Shown here: positions 39,681-49,825 of the stretch, piece after piece
Position numbering within the stretch: position 1 is the stretch's first letter
Layout of the letters: each line of letters begins with the position of its first letter
DNA from: Escherichia phage EC.W14-3
Reading direction: 5' to 3' (one strand)
DNA: 64,000 bases
Sequence record: PP496998.1
Position numbers and translations under genes: made by a program
The notes under the pieces: generated by a model
The model's input: only the letters and a program-made list of their open reading frames with translations
Databases searched by the model: none
What the model was told of the DNA's origin: nothing

Positions 39681-40739
39681 TTACGCCGCCACCTTTCCCG
39701 CAGCAGTGAACAGAACGCCGGAAGCATACGGGTTGCGGTGACGCAGACCAACTTCCATTTCAATCATCCACTTCTCGTAAGAACCGTCTTTAGCCAGTTC
39801 AGTACGTTTCGGAGCACGCAGAACCATCTGAGTCCAGTCAGCGCTACGGAAGAAGTAAACTGCATCGGTAGGCATCCAACGGTTAACGATGATTTTGTAG
39901 CTCTGGCCCAGCGGGTCAGTGATGCTGTTAACTTCGTAGATGAACTGCTTGGTGTTCTCAAAGATACGCTTACGTGAACCCTGAGTATTTTCTTGCAGAC
40001 CAGCAAAGATCTTAGCATGAGCCGGGTTAATCATGATGATATCTGCTTCAGAACCAGCGGTATACAGTTGCAGAGTCATATCAAAGATATCAGCTTCGTC
40101 GAAACCAATGTTAGTGGTCGGGTTAGAAGCATTCTGTGCAACTTTAACAGTTACTGCACCAGTGTCCGGGTCAGCAGGACCATTCTTGGTCTTGTCAACA
40201 ACGCCACCAGCCAGACCACCGTGAGCACACAGGAACTGGAATGCACCAGTCTTACGAGCTGCATGGGTGTCATTCAGACCAACAACAGCAGGATCAGTTG
40301 CAGAGTTAGTCAGATACTGGTCAGCCAGAACGTCGGTACGAGCCTGACCGGACAGAAGGATTTTCTCGAGGTCACGCTTGATCTCTTTACCTTTCTTCTC
40401 CAGCTGATACATCAGTTCACGACCACGACCGTAGTTAGCGGTGGTGTTAGCAGTATCAGAAACACGAACAACCTTACGCAGAATCTGAGTAACGTTAGAT
40501 TTGATAACAGTCGGTTTCATTTCACCGTCTTCAGCACGAGAGCCTTCGACGTGTGCGTTATTACCGTCAACGCTTGCCAGTGCATCGGTCTGCCAGCTAA
40601 AGATAGTCTGGTTGATAGACTCTTTACCGGTCATAGATACGAACGGGGTATCCTGAGGGGACAGAACAGAAATCCAGTTAGCAAAAGAAAGTTTTTTACC
40701 ATTCTGGTCATACGATACAAATAAAGTTGGATTAGCCAT
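39681..40739 (-). CDS. major capsid protein
   Basis: 352 aa, host-optimal codons, follows scaffold gene, own terminator downstream. Confidence 0.7.
   Translation of the reverse strand: MANPTLFVSYDQNGKKLSFANWISVLSPQDTPFVSMTGKESINQTIFSWQTDALASVDGNNAHVEGSRAEDGEMKPTVIKSNVTQILRKVVRVSDTANTTANYGRGRELMYQLEKKGKEIKRDLEKILLSGQARTDVLADQYLTNSATDPAVVGLNDTHAARKTGAFQFLCAHGGLAGGVVDKTKNGPADPDTGAVTVKVAQNASNPTTNIGFDEADIFDMTLQLYTAGSEADIIMINPAHAKIFAGLQENTQGSRKRIFENTKQFIYEVNSITDPLGQSYKIIVNRWMPTDAVYFFRSADWTQMVLRAPKRTELAKDGSYEKWMIEMEVGLRHRNPYASGVLFTAAGKVAA
39693..39699 (-). other. candidate -1 ribosomal frameshift slippery heptamer G_GGA_AAG
   Basis: minus-strand GGGAAAG in capsid zero frame (gcG GGA AAG) 12 codons before stop; same heptamer as lambda G-T frameshift site. 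Confidence 0.55.
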
Positions 40740-40780
40740 GTTATGTTAGCTCCTATACTATTAATAATTTAATTTGTCGA

Positions 40781-41857
40781 TTAATCTACGAGGAATTTGA
40801 ATGCGTCTTCGTGACTAACGCGACCCTCTGCGAATGCCTTGGCAACCTTAGCGTTGTCGGGCTTATTGGAAGTGCGAGACTTTGCAGCATCAGACTTCAC
40901 AACCTTGCGTGGAGCACCGGGACGTTTAATCTTAGCCATCACCTGTTGCTTACCTTTATCAAATTGGTATGCTTTGTGGAGAGCTAGGAAAATAGACGGA
41001 CGGTTTTCCTTCAATACTTCTTCTTCAGTAGCACCTAAGTCAATTGCGTATTGCATTAAGTTTTGATATAAGTTTTCATCCCAATTTGGAATCTCACGTT
41101 TCAGAATATTAACACATTCAATACTCTTGGCTTGGAAAGCTTCCTGCTCTTTAGCTGCTGCTTCCTGCTTAATACGGACCTGAGCCTGTTCAAGCTGTTG
41201 ACGGCGAGCTGTGTACTTCTCTAGGAAACGTTTGTTTTCAACATATGCTTGAGGATCTTCTACTGCAAGCTTGTCCCAATCAAAACCGTTATAATCTTCA
41301 ATTACTCGGTCTGCTTCTAAAGACGCTAGTTCTAATACATCCTTCAAACCTACTACACGTTCCTCGAATGCTTCCATATGACGCTGAAGAGTTGATTCTC
41401 GTTCTGTCATATCAGCACCAGTAAGATAGCCATTAGAAAGTTCTTCAATAGTCATCTCACGTCCATCAGGAAGGGTGATAACGGTTTCGTAGTCTACATC
41501 AAAGACTTCACCTTCACCGTCAGCAGAATCATCTTCATACTCTGCATCGCTTGAATCTTCTTCCTCTTGTTCTTCTGCTTCAGAGGATTCGTCTTCATCT
41601 TCTTCGACTTCGCCTTCCTCTTCACGATCTTCCCAACCATCTTCATCTTCGAACTTAAGCTCATCGCTTTCACCGAGAAGGTCGGTATCAAAGTCGAAAT
41701 CGTCACCGTCTTTTTCCGGGAACTCATCGTCAATGTCCACTTCTGGTTCTTGTTCAGATTCTAATCGACCGAGTTCTTCTTTGAAAGAACCTTTCAGGTC
41801 ATCCAGTTGGAGGAAAGATTTAAAATCGTTCGGGTCAATATAATTATCTTGTGGCAT
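40781..41857 (-). CDS. scaffolding protein
   Basis: 358 aa, highly acidic Glu/Asp tracts, between portal and capsid; RBS AGGAG. Confidence 0.55.
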   Translation of the reverse strand: MPQDNYIDPNDFKSFLQLDDLKGSFKEELGRLESEQEPEVDIDDEFPEKDGDDFDFDTDLLGESDELKFEDEDGWEDREEEGEVEEDEDESSEAEEQEEEDSSDAEYEDDSADGEGEVFDVDYETVITLPDGREMTIEELSNGYLTGADMTERESTLQRHMEAFEERVVGLKDVLELASLEADRVIEDYNGFDWDKLAVEDPQAYVENKRFLEKYTARRQQLEQAQVRIKQEAAAKEQEAFQAKSIECVNILKREIPNWDENLYQNLMQYAIDLGATEEEVLKENRPSIFLALHKAYQFDKGKQQVMAKIKRPGAPRKVVKSDAAKSRTSNKPDNAKVAKAFAEGRVSHEDAFKFLVD

Positions 41858-42093
41858 TATGAAACATCTCCTGCACTATTGATAGCAGCTTTTATGACCT
41901 CTTTTAAGCTACCAACCATTTTATACTTTTGATAACAATCTTCGCGTTTCTTATTCTCATGAGGTTCTGTTTGAACTATCTCTGTCATGAGTCTTTCTTT
42001 CAATGCCTCTAATGCTGCGTCAAGACTGCCGTTAAGGTTGAGAGCCGCCAAAGCGGCGGCGTGCTCTTTATTAAATTGATGTCTAATGTTCAT
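41857..42093 (-). CDS. hypothetical protein
   Basis: 78 aa between portal and scaffold genes. Confidence 0.4.
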   Translation of the reverse strand: MNIRHQFNKEHAAALAALNLNGSLDAALEALKERLMTEIVQTEPHENKKREDCYQKYKMVGSLKEVIKAAINSAGDVS

Positions 42094-42102
42094 TCGACGT
42101 CC

Positions 42103-44346
42103 TTAGTTTTTACTTCCAAGACGTTTGCCTGGAATCCGTGAATCTTTGAGAGAAGCTTGTTGCTCTTTCTTAGTTACATTAGCTTCTTTCTTTTGGAGTT
42201 CCAAAGTTTTATCCTGAACACGAGCTTGCTGAACAATCTTCTCTTGGTCTACCTGATGCTCCATAACCATCTGCAATTCTTTCAGTACAGACTCATACTG
42301 ACGGACCTGCTGTTGCATAAGAGCTAACTTGTGCTTAGCTTGTTCCAGAGTAGCATTGTTATCCTCTTTACGGTTTTCCAGAGTCATAGCATCTGCTGCA
42401 TTTTCTTGCTTGAACTGCAACTCTTCCTGACGCAGACTTAATTCATCCGCAGCTTTCTGCTGTTCGAATGTAGTACGTTCACGTTGGTCGAATGCATCAG
42501 CAATCATCTTCTGAGAAGAAGCCTGTACGTTCTCAACCTGTGCTTTAGTCATCTCGAGTTGGAGGATTTCCATTGGAGACGGCTCAGGAGGCTGATACTG
42601 TTCCAGAGGCAGTAAGTATTTATGAGTGTCCTTAATACCCATCAACTCAAAGATCTGTGCAGTCATGTAACGGTCTTGCTCCAAACCGAAGAGAGGTGCT
42701 AACTGTGCATCTGCTGCAATCAGCTGTTTCAAGCTAATCAGTTTCTGTGCACGTTCTGCTTTCTCATTAGGAGAGATAGCTACAACAACTTGAAGATTGT
42801 GACGAGCTGGCAATTGTTTCGGATTTACCTGAACCATACCACGAGGGGTTTGTACCTCAATAGGAACTTCACCATTTTCTCTGATAAGGCTGTAAATACC
42901 ACGCATCAATTCAACCATACCATTGTGAGCAATGTTACGACATACCATACGGAGACGGTTCTGTGCAGCATTCATCATCAAGCCTACAGTTGCATAAGCG
43001 TTATCATTCTTAAACACATCAGGGTTGATACCCATGCCTAGTTTGGTTACACCTGTACGTGTCTCTTTAAGCTCCTCAGACATGCCTAGGAGGCCGTCAA
43101 TACCTTGAGGTAGGTTATGGTATGGGAACAGGTCAATAGCGTCCTGACGTTCCATTTCAACCACTCCACCGGGACGGTTATCAAGCAGAGAGCGACGGTC
43201 GTATGCACCAACAAGAGCTTTGTATCGACCATAGTTAGCATTGTTGACGTTATCAATATAACCACGAACTAACGCGGTACGTAAATCTTGAATATCTTTC
43301 GTAATGTCATAGACCGATTGACCATAGAAGGAACCCGGAATCGGATATGGGCAGAAGGTTACAAACGGAATGTGAGTTACTTCTTCAGTGTGAAGGATAT
43401 GCTCACCAGCTTGGATAACCTGATAGAGTTTAGACTCTTTATTCTTATCTAGAACACCAGTACGAATGTAGTGCTCGTAAACCCAAACCATAGAAGCGAT
43501 ATCTTCGGTATCTGTACCAATATCAGCATCAATATCTTGACGCCAGTCAGTACGAGACCAAGCAACTGTAGATTGAGTAGTATCCATCGTGTCTGTCCAG
43601 TCGTTGAATGCTTCAATCTCATCTTTAGGGAAGCCCATAGCAACCAGATCTTCTTTAGAACGACGTACACGATGACAGAAGTATTGTGCATCTGCAAAAG
43701 AGGTAGCATGTTCATCAACAAAGATTTGCTCTGAAGGAACATATTCAACTTTCACACGTTTAACAGTTTGTTCGTAAGTAACTTTAACATCGACTGTACC
43801 GTCTTCATTTTCTTCAGTGAAGACTTCCAGATTCTTGAGTCCACCAGCTTCTAATCCCTGAACATATGCAGCCAATGCTTCCGGTGGTACACCTTCAGCT
43901 TCTTCAGTTTGAGTAGAAGTTTGTTCATCCCAATAATACTTGATAAAAGAGTTACGAGTAACTAGACATTCTTGTGCAGCAGAAGAGATAATATTGTATC
44001 CCGGATTATCACGCAGAAGAATTTGGTTAACTAATTTAGTTGCTACATCAGCAGCATCAGAATCCTGTTGGTTGTCAGCTACGAAAGTAACTGCTTCATC
44101 ACCAGAACAGAATACGTTAATAATATCTTGCAATGTACCGTTAACAGATTCCCAAACAGTACGATCTACCCAACTAGAGCTGCCAGCAGTTACTGGTGCA
44201 GGTAAGTTACCATAGAAATATTCCCAAGCTTCACGAGCATAGCCCTTAACAGCCATGTCCACGTAACCTTGAGCGTAATTAAAACGACGTTGAAGGTCAA
44301 CACGTAACTCGTCCAACACCTCTTCACTATATTTTTGCTTAGCCAT
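42103..44346 (-). CDS. portal protein
   Basis: 747 aa directly downstream of terminase large subunit; RBS GGGAGA. Confidence 0.7.
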   Translation of the reverse strand: MAKQKYSEEVLDELRVDLQRRFNYAQGYVDMAVKGYAREAWEYFYGNLPAPVTAGSSSWVDRTVWESVNGTLQDIINVFCSGDEAVTFVADNQQDSDAADVATKLVNQILLRDNPGYNIISSAAQECLVTRNSFIKYYWDEQTSTQTEEAEGVPPEALAAYVQGLEAGGLKNLEVFTEENEDGTVDVKVTYEQTVKRVKVEYVPSEQIFVDEHATSFADAQYFCHRVRRSKEDLVAMGFPKDEIEAFNDWTDTMDTTQSTVAWSRTDWRQDIDADIGTDTEDIASMVWVYEHYIRTGVLDKNKESKLYQVIQAGEHILHTEEVTHIPFVTFCPYPIPGSFYGQSVYDITKDIQDLRTALVRGYIDNVNNANYGRYKALVGAYDRRSLLDNRPGGVVEMERQDAIDLFPYHNLPQGIDGLLGMSEELKETRTGVTKLGMGINPDVFKNDNAYATVGLMMNAAQNRLRMVCRNIAHNGMVELMRGIYSLIRENGEVPIEVQTPRGMVQVNPKQLPARHNLQVVVAISPNEKAERAQKLISLKQLIAADAQLAPLFGLEQDRYMTAQIFELMGIKDTHKYLLPLEQYQPPEPSPMEILQLEMTKAQVENVQASSQKMIADAFDQRERTTFEQQKAADELSLRQEELQFKQENAADAMTLENRKEDNNATLEQAKHKLALMQQQVRQYESVLKELQMVMEHQVDQEKIVQQARVQDKTLELQKKEANVTKKEQQASLKDSRIPGKRLGSKN

Positions 44347-44407
44347 CTATTCTCTCCCTCGGTTGATAGCTTAAATAAAAGAAGGGAGGACAAACCTCCC
44401 CCTTACT

Positions 44408-45949
44408 TTAGTAACTCTGATTCCATCTGCTTACGTTTGCCTCATACAGAGAAGCACTTCCGTAGCTAACGTCATGCTTAGAGCGACCACGATGTGTAAC
44501 AGAGCACGCTGAATAGCGCATTGCATCCATTAAGTCATCATGTTCTTTAATAATCTTACCAACCTTACGGTGATATCTAGCTTTCTCTTCGAATAGCTTA
44601 GCATTAGCGGCTGTGTTAAAGATTTTAAAGCGTCCACTCATCATTCTTTCTCGGATATCTGTGATTCCCGGTTCTACAAAGAAGTTCTTTTTACCATCCA
44701 TTCCAATTTTGTTGTAGAAGGTCTCACTCTGTACGTTAACTCCTGCATTCTTATAGAATTGAGCAACAGATGAGCCACTACCTTTCTCAATATTGTCCGC
44801 ATCGTGCGGTAGGATGACAGGAATCCACTGACCACGACCATTAATAGCTGGAGCATGATACACTGGAGTAAAGCCACCTTCTTTATATGAGTCGTAAACA
44901 TAGATAGTATCCGTGTTTGCATCGTAAGCTGTCCAAACAGCAGCAGTTGGGTGATCAATACCAATATCAATTGCACAGACACGTTTCCACGTATCAGGAA
45001 TTTCGAATGGTTCACATTTAATTGTGTCATCCGATACATCATAAATCAAACCACTTCCTAACAATGGCATACCTTTCGAACGCATCTCTAACTGCCACGC
45101 TGGAATACCTTCAGTCATATCTTTTATATCTTGGTCAGTGATATGTCCACCTAGGTCTGCATGAGCATCCCACCAAGAAGCGTTCTGGAAATATAGAGAA
45201 CCTGTGTTCTCATCCCCTTCGCCTTTCATAAATTTATCTACCAGTTCAGTTAAACCGTTCTCTGGTGTAGCTGTAATTGTAACTAGACCTTTAGTTGTGA
45301 GTGTACGTGTGACGCACTGTGCGAATATAGCCATAGACTCGTATGGATCTTCTTCGTCTAACCAAATGTAGTCAACTGTTGCACCCATCAATGTGTGTTC
45401 ACCCTGTTGGGTTGAACGGAATTCTAATGTACTTAAACCGTCAAACTCCCCTCTCTCATTTTGATGTTTGATTTGTACGATTTGAAGTTTGTTACCATCT
45501 CGTTCTATCGTGTCAATGACGATAGCATCACGAGGAATGACACCTGTCCCCAATAAGTTTGTATCCTTTCCGATAGGTGTACCAAACAATTCCTTTTGCA
45601 ATACTTTCCTTGTGGAATCCCCTGTAATACCAACTGCCCATGCTAAGATAGGTCTTTTAAATTTATATCCTGTCCACCAAGTTGGGTAGCGACCTGTGAC
45701 ATGACAAGCAAACTCGTATGCCTCGCTATAAGATTTACCAACACGGTTCGCTGCACACAAGAATCTAAAGCGATGCTTCAATCCTGCTGCATAAAATTTC
45801 TTTTGGAAGTCATACGCCTTGAAAGACAAAATCTTATTATACTTCCTCCATTGGTCACGCTCTTTCAACATATTCAATAGTGCTTTCTTTTCCTCTACAC
45901 TAAGATTGTTACCAGTTAGAGCTTCATAAATTTGTTTATCTAATGACAT
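44408..45949 (-). CDS. terminase large subunit
   Basis: Walker A-like CAANRVGKSYSEA near N-terminus, 513 aa, position before portal; RBS GGAGG. Confidence 0.8.
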   Translation of the reverse strand: MSLDKQIYEALTGNNLSVEEKKALLNMLKERDQWRKYNKILSFKAYDFQKKFYAAGLKHRFRFLCAANRVGKSYSEAYEFACHVTGRYPTWWTGYKFKRPILAWAVGITGDSTRKVLQKELFGTPIGKDTNLLGTGVIPRDAIVIDTIERDGNKLQIVQIKHQNERGEFDGLSTLEFRSTQQGEHTLMGATVDYIWLDEEDPYESMAIFAQCVTRTLTTKGLVTITATPENGLTELVDKFMKGEGDENTGSLYFQNASWWDAHADLGGHITDQDIKDMTEGIPAWQLEMRSKGMPLLGSGLIYDVSDDTIKCEPFEIPDTWKRVCAIDIGIDHPTAAVWTAYDANTDTIYVYDSYKEGGFTPVYHAPAINGRGQWIPVILPHDADNIEKGSGSSVAQFYKNAGVNVQSETFYNKIGMDGKKNFFVEPGITDIRERMMSGRFKIFNTAANAKLFEEKARYHRKVGKIIKEHDDLMDAMRYSACSVTHRGRSKHDVSYGSASLYEANVSRWNQSY

Positions 45950-46018
45950 ACTTCCTCCAGTTTAAAAATAGAAAAGGGAAAGTCCCTTCGTCAAAGAACC
46001 TCCCCTTCTTTCCTTTAC

Positions 46019-46492
46019 TTAACTCTCGTCCGCTTCCTCCCCCTTTTCAGCGTCCTCAGAGTTGTCTTCTTCTGGAGGCATAACGTCGATACCAAGTGCT
46101 CCAGTCAAGAAGTCCTTGATTTGTGCATTCAATGATTCTTCGTTGATTACATTCTCTTCCTCAATCTTAACTTCAACAGAGGCCGCCTTAGGATATACCA
46201 GATCTGCAACTTTTGATGCAGCCTTGAATCTAAGATCAGGTGGAATATTAGGATCTTCGTAAATTTGAATTAACACTTCATCAGGAGACAAATGACTTGC
46301 AGCAACACGGTCCAACATTAATTGTGTCAGTTTACCTCTACTACCTCTGGGTCGTCCGAATTTATTTCCCTTTTGAAACTTCCCATTGCTTGGGTTCATA
46401 CCACGGCCTTCAAGTTCTTCCGTTACTCCGGGTAATCTTCCTGTAATCTCAGCTACCTGTGCAGGCGTGAGTTCTCCGTTTTCTCCAAACAT
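46019..46492 (-). CDS. terminase small subunit (putative)
   Basis: 157 aa with GRPRGSRGK DNA-binding-like motif and acidic C-terminus, immediately upstream of terL. Confidence 0.5.
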   Translation of the reverse strand: MFGENGELTPAQVAEITGRLPGVTEELEGRGMNPSNGKFQKGNKFGRPRGSRGKLTQLMLDRVAASHLSPDEVLIQIYEDPNIPPDLRFKAASKVADLVYPKAASVEVKIEEENVINEESLNAQIKDFLTGALGIDVMPPEEDNSEDAEKGEEADES

Positions 46493-46548
46493 TTTATACT
46501 CCTTCTACATTATCAACAACACAAAAAGCCTCCCAACGGAGGCAAATA

Positions 46549-47181
46549 TTACTTACAATCACCAACGGACAGGTTAAACATCTTACCTAGAGCAATCGTC
46601 TCACCTTCCCACGGAAGTTCTGCACCCTTCTCTTCCTCTAAAAGAATAGAGCCGTCGACCAAAAATTTTTCGTAGTCTCGCAGTGCGTCGTCTACTAGCT
46701 CACTCTTGTGAATCCATGTAATTGTTTCTGTACCATCCTCTTCGATTCTAACATCACGATGCCATTCATCTTTGGAGGTAATATAATCATGGAGCATTTC
46801 GTATTCAGCTTCTTCAATCATCTCAATCATTGCACGAGCATAGTCAGGGAGGTGATCATGTTTAGTAGATTCGTATTCAACTACTTCCAGAGTAGAAGGC
46901 TTAGCCCGTGCAACTTCTTCAAGTACTTTTGAGCGATCTTTGTAGTAGTTCTCATATTTATCACCAATAGTACCGACTTGAAGTCCACGGTATTGTTCTA
47001 CTAAACTCATCATATCTTTCTTCTCCGTAATAGTTGGTTTAAGAATACTTCCACTATATAAATCTTGTACAGCCAATCCTGAAACATTTCCCATAGTTTC
47101 TAAATGCTGTAAGCTACAACCAGATCGACATAGCTGTGAATTGTAATCGTTAAGGTCCATCGCTTGGATTAAATTATTCAT
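46549..47181 (-). CDS. hypothetical protein
   Basis: start moved to MNNLIQ (RBS GGGAG). Confidence 0.45.
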   Translation of the reverse strand: MNNLIQAMDLNDYNSQLCRSGCSLQHLETMGNVSGLAVQDLYSGSILKPTITEKKDMMSLVEQYRGLQVGTIGDKYENYYKDRSKVLEEVARAKPSTLEVVEYESTKHDHLPDYARAMIEMIEEAEYEMLHDYITSKDEWHRDVRIEEDGTETITWIHKSELVDDALRDYEKFLVDGSILLEEEKGAELPWEGETIALGKMFNLSVGDCK

Positions 47182-47428
47182 TTGTATCTCCCTTGCTGTA
47201 ATCTTTGTATGTTTCTTTTCTGTAAGTGCGGAATGCTCTGAAGAAGAGCCAACCAAAACTACTTACATCAATTGTAATATCGAAATCTGTTTCATCATCT
47301 AAATCAACAAGACGGCCTAAGCAAGTAGCTTCCATCCCTTCTTCAGAGTCACTGTTGACCACGAAAGCGTATGTCTCCGTTCTGAACCGAGGCACCATCT
47401 CTGATAAAAAGTCTAGTACTAAATTCAT
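47174..47428 (-). CDS. small acidic protein
   Basis: 84 aa, RBS AGGAG. Confidence 0.45.
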   Translation of the reverse strand: MNLVLDFLSEMVPRFRTETYAFVVNSDSEEGMEATCLGRLVDLDDETDFDITIDVSSFGWLFFRAFRTYRKETYKDYSKGDTNE

Positions 47429-47439
47429 AATTCTTCTCC

Positions 47440-48590
47440 TCTGAATAAGAGTATAAAGGGCACATCATAAGACCTACCCGTAAAGGCCACCTCACATTAA
47501 CACCCGTGAGAATACCTGTATTCATTTTCGTAGTCTTCTTCAGAGAAGCTACCGTATTCATCTTCTGTCATACATCCCTCTGATAAAGTTAAGACATAAA
47601 GGGGACGTCATCTTTGATGACTACTTCACATTAAGGCACCCCCATAAAGGCCATGTCACGTTAAGGCCTATCCATCCATGTGCTGTGTTTAAGCTTACCA
47701 CATTTACTACATCTCCAAGTGGACTTATAAAGGGTGTGAACTCTTTCATCCCCGTAAGCTTTGCGTATCCGATAGTACTCATGATCACATTTGAATTGCT
47801 TAATGATTAACTTAATTTTCCACATAAGTTCTCTTTCAACCTTATATATAAGAGTTTAAAATACAGATTTATAAAAAATAAAGATGTATATATCTGTTTA
47901 AAATTCTGATTTGACCGAGTGGGGCTAGCCGCTCGCCGCGCGTTTCCTAAAAGGGGGGAGTCCTCATTTAAAAAAGGGTTATTGGCAATGCCTTTACACC
48001 TCCTTCCACGTTCCAACCTTTCCCCGTGCCTACTCCCCGTTATTCTTTCCCCGTGTATACCATCCTATTCATTAGCTACCCGTTTATTTAGTACCCCTTT
48101 AGAGAGTGAGAGAAAGGCTATACTCTGATAAGGCACAATCATAACAGGTCTAATAATACCGTATTGTTACCGTTCAGCTCCCCATAGTTTGAATGTAAAT
48201 AGTTTCAATAGTAATGATTATGAGTGCAATAATGATGTATGTATTAATTAAGTGGATGATTGTAATTCTTTTAATAATTGCTTTTATTCTTTTCTTTTTC
48301 AGCGTGCCTTTGTGAGCGTAGCGAACGTCTTTGATGTTTGAGTTATACAATTATTTAAGTGGTATATTATTACCGCACTATCTTGCTATGTTTCCCCGTG
48401 GTCTACCCTGCGGTTGTATGCTCCCCGTGTCCTGGTCTGTTGGTCTGCTACCCGTAGCACCAGCGTAACACCCGTAGGATTAGTGTTATAAAGTAACAAT
48501 AGCTAGTAAGCTGATTCTCTGAGTATGGAAGGTTTAGTAAATTAAATTCCTTTAGTTTTCAGTGAGTTATAAGAAAGTTAGAAAATAAAT
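47440..48590. repeat. repeat-rich AT-rich intergenic region between divergent modules
   Basis: at least 10 copies of GC-rich core CCCGT (CCCCGTG at 48022, 48049, 48394, 48423; ACCCGTAG at 48449, 48470); imperfect 20-nt direct repeat TAAAGGCCAC.TCAC.TTAA at 47483 and 47646. Confidence 0.5.
47661..47825 (-). CDS. possible small zinc-finger protein (54 aa)
   Basis: MWKIKLIIKQFKCDHE...WRCSKCGK; lies in repeat-rich intergenic region; not in track. Confidence 0.2.
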   Translation of the reverse strand: MWKIKLIIKQFKCDHEYYRIRKAYGDERVHTLYKSTWRCSKCGKLKHSTWMDRP

Positions 48591-48592
48591 GG

Positions 48593-48621
48593 TTGACAGG
48601 TTTTTCCTTTATTATATAGTT
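48593..48621 (+). promoter_or_regulatory. sigma-70-type promoter
   Basis: TTGACA, 16-nt spacer, TATAGT; about 45 nt upstream of ATG 48665. Confidence 0.55.
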
Positions 48622-48664
48622 GCGATTGTAATTTGTAGTTTTCATCAACCATAAGGAATATCAA

Positions 48665-49537
48665 ATGTCTAAAGTAGCAATTAACCACTTGAACAAAGCA
48701 AACGAAAGCCTTTCCTCTTTAGGCTTAACCGTTGGTAGTCCTGATGCGTGGATGGAAAACGAAAGCGCACGTAAAGGATTCAAAAACTCTGTAATGCTGG
48801 CTTGCTTGATCATTAATTCTACTGCGAACGCCTTACAGTGTGAAGATGAAAGCACGTTCAAAGAGAATGGCTTTACCGATATACAGGACGCTATCAACTG
48901 TTACATTCAGGCAAATTTGGATAGCTGGAATCAGAAAGATTGGCCTGAGTCATGCCGTGATGTGAAAGCTGAATTATCCCGCTTGTCTGTCATGGTTGAA
49001 GCATGGAACAAGAAAAACAAGAAACAACCAATCAAGCCTACTGTTGCAAGTAAGATTATGAAGTCTGTTAATCTGGCAAGTTATGCACTGGTTGCAGCTA
49101 TCGGTGTTAGTGCACTGGTCACGTCTCTTTCTGATAAGGCTATCGCTAGTCCTGCTCCTGCAACTGATGCGGCTAGTGTCTTCTCTAGTTCCATCAATAA
49201 GGGTTGGATGATTTGCAACGGTGCGGATAGTGACGGCAATAATATCGTGCTAAAGATGAAATTTAGCAACGTAACAAATGATGGAGTTCTCTTTCAATCT
49301 AAAACGTTAGATAATCAGCCTAACAGTGATCTAGTTCTCAAGCGTACTGATAACGATGCGGATATGGTGACATTTGGCACTGTACAACGTTATGAAGACG
49401 TTAAAGCTGTAACCAACCTAGTGAGCTATGGCCCGATCAATGAGTCGATGATCGCCACCACGGTTTACAATAACGCTGATAATGCTGTTTATACTGTTCA
49501 CGTTAATTTAGCCAACTGCATTAAGGCTAGTAAGTAA
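48665..49537 (+). CDS. hypothetical protein with central hydrophobic segment
   Basis: 290 aa; RBS AAGGAA. Confidence 0.55.
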   Translation: MSKVAINHLNKANESLSSLGLTVGSPDAWMENESARKGFKNSVMLACLIINSTANALQCEDESTFKENGFTDIQDAINCYIQANLDSWNQKDWPESCRDVKAELSRLSVMVEAWNKKNKKQPIKPTVASKIMKSVNLASYALVAAIGVSALVTSLSDKAIASPAPATDAASVFSSSINKGWMICNGADSDGNNIVLKMKFSNVTNDGVLFQSKTLDNQPNSDLVLKRTDNDADMVTFGTVQRYEDVKAVTNLVSYGPINESMIATTVYNNADNAVYTVHVNLANCIKASK

Positions 49538-49561
49538 ATAACCTATTTTGGGAGTGTAAAA

Positions 49562-49825
49562 ATGGCTATCAAAGAAATTAAGTTATCTAATGGCTTTTCT
49601 TGTTTTGTTGGTGGAAGCTCTATCCTGTTTAATACACTTGATGGTCAGATAACGTTACCTGTTATCACTTTTTGCAGGATGGAATATCAGCCTCTTAAAG
49701 ATTGGCTAGCCTTTGCTGATTTTGAAATTACCCGTGAAGACTTCAAATCAATCTATATTGACGGTGATTTATCACTGGCTAACCTGCTCAATCATGGACT
49801 AATTAAGGGTGATATTAATGGGTAA
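49562..49825 (+). CDS. hypothetical protein
   Basis: 87 aa; RBS GGGAG. Confidence 0.45.
   Translation: MAIKEIKLSNGFSCFVGGSSILFNTLDGQITLPVITFCRMEYQPLKDWLAFADFEITREDFKSIYIDGDLSLANLLNHGLIKGDING

Noticed and set aside
17799-47500. Numerous plus-strand and nested minus-strand ORFs of 60-240 aa inside the structural gene block (e.g. 18621-18923, 20301-20804, 22648-23133, 34969-35337, 39993-40724, 43471-43734, 44674-45042)
   Set aside because: They lie antisense to or out of frame within long, RBS-supported minus-strand genes, have low-complexity translations and no ribosome-binding sites; treated as frame artefacts.
47807-48128. Track ORFs 47807-48016 (minus) and 47919-48128 (plus) in the intergenic repeat region
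   Set aside because: No RBS, low-complexity translation produced by the GC-rich repeats; more plausibly non-coding.
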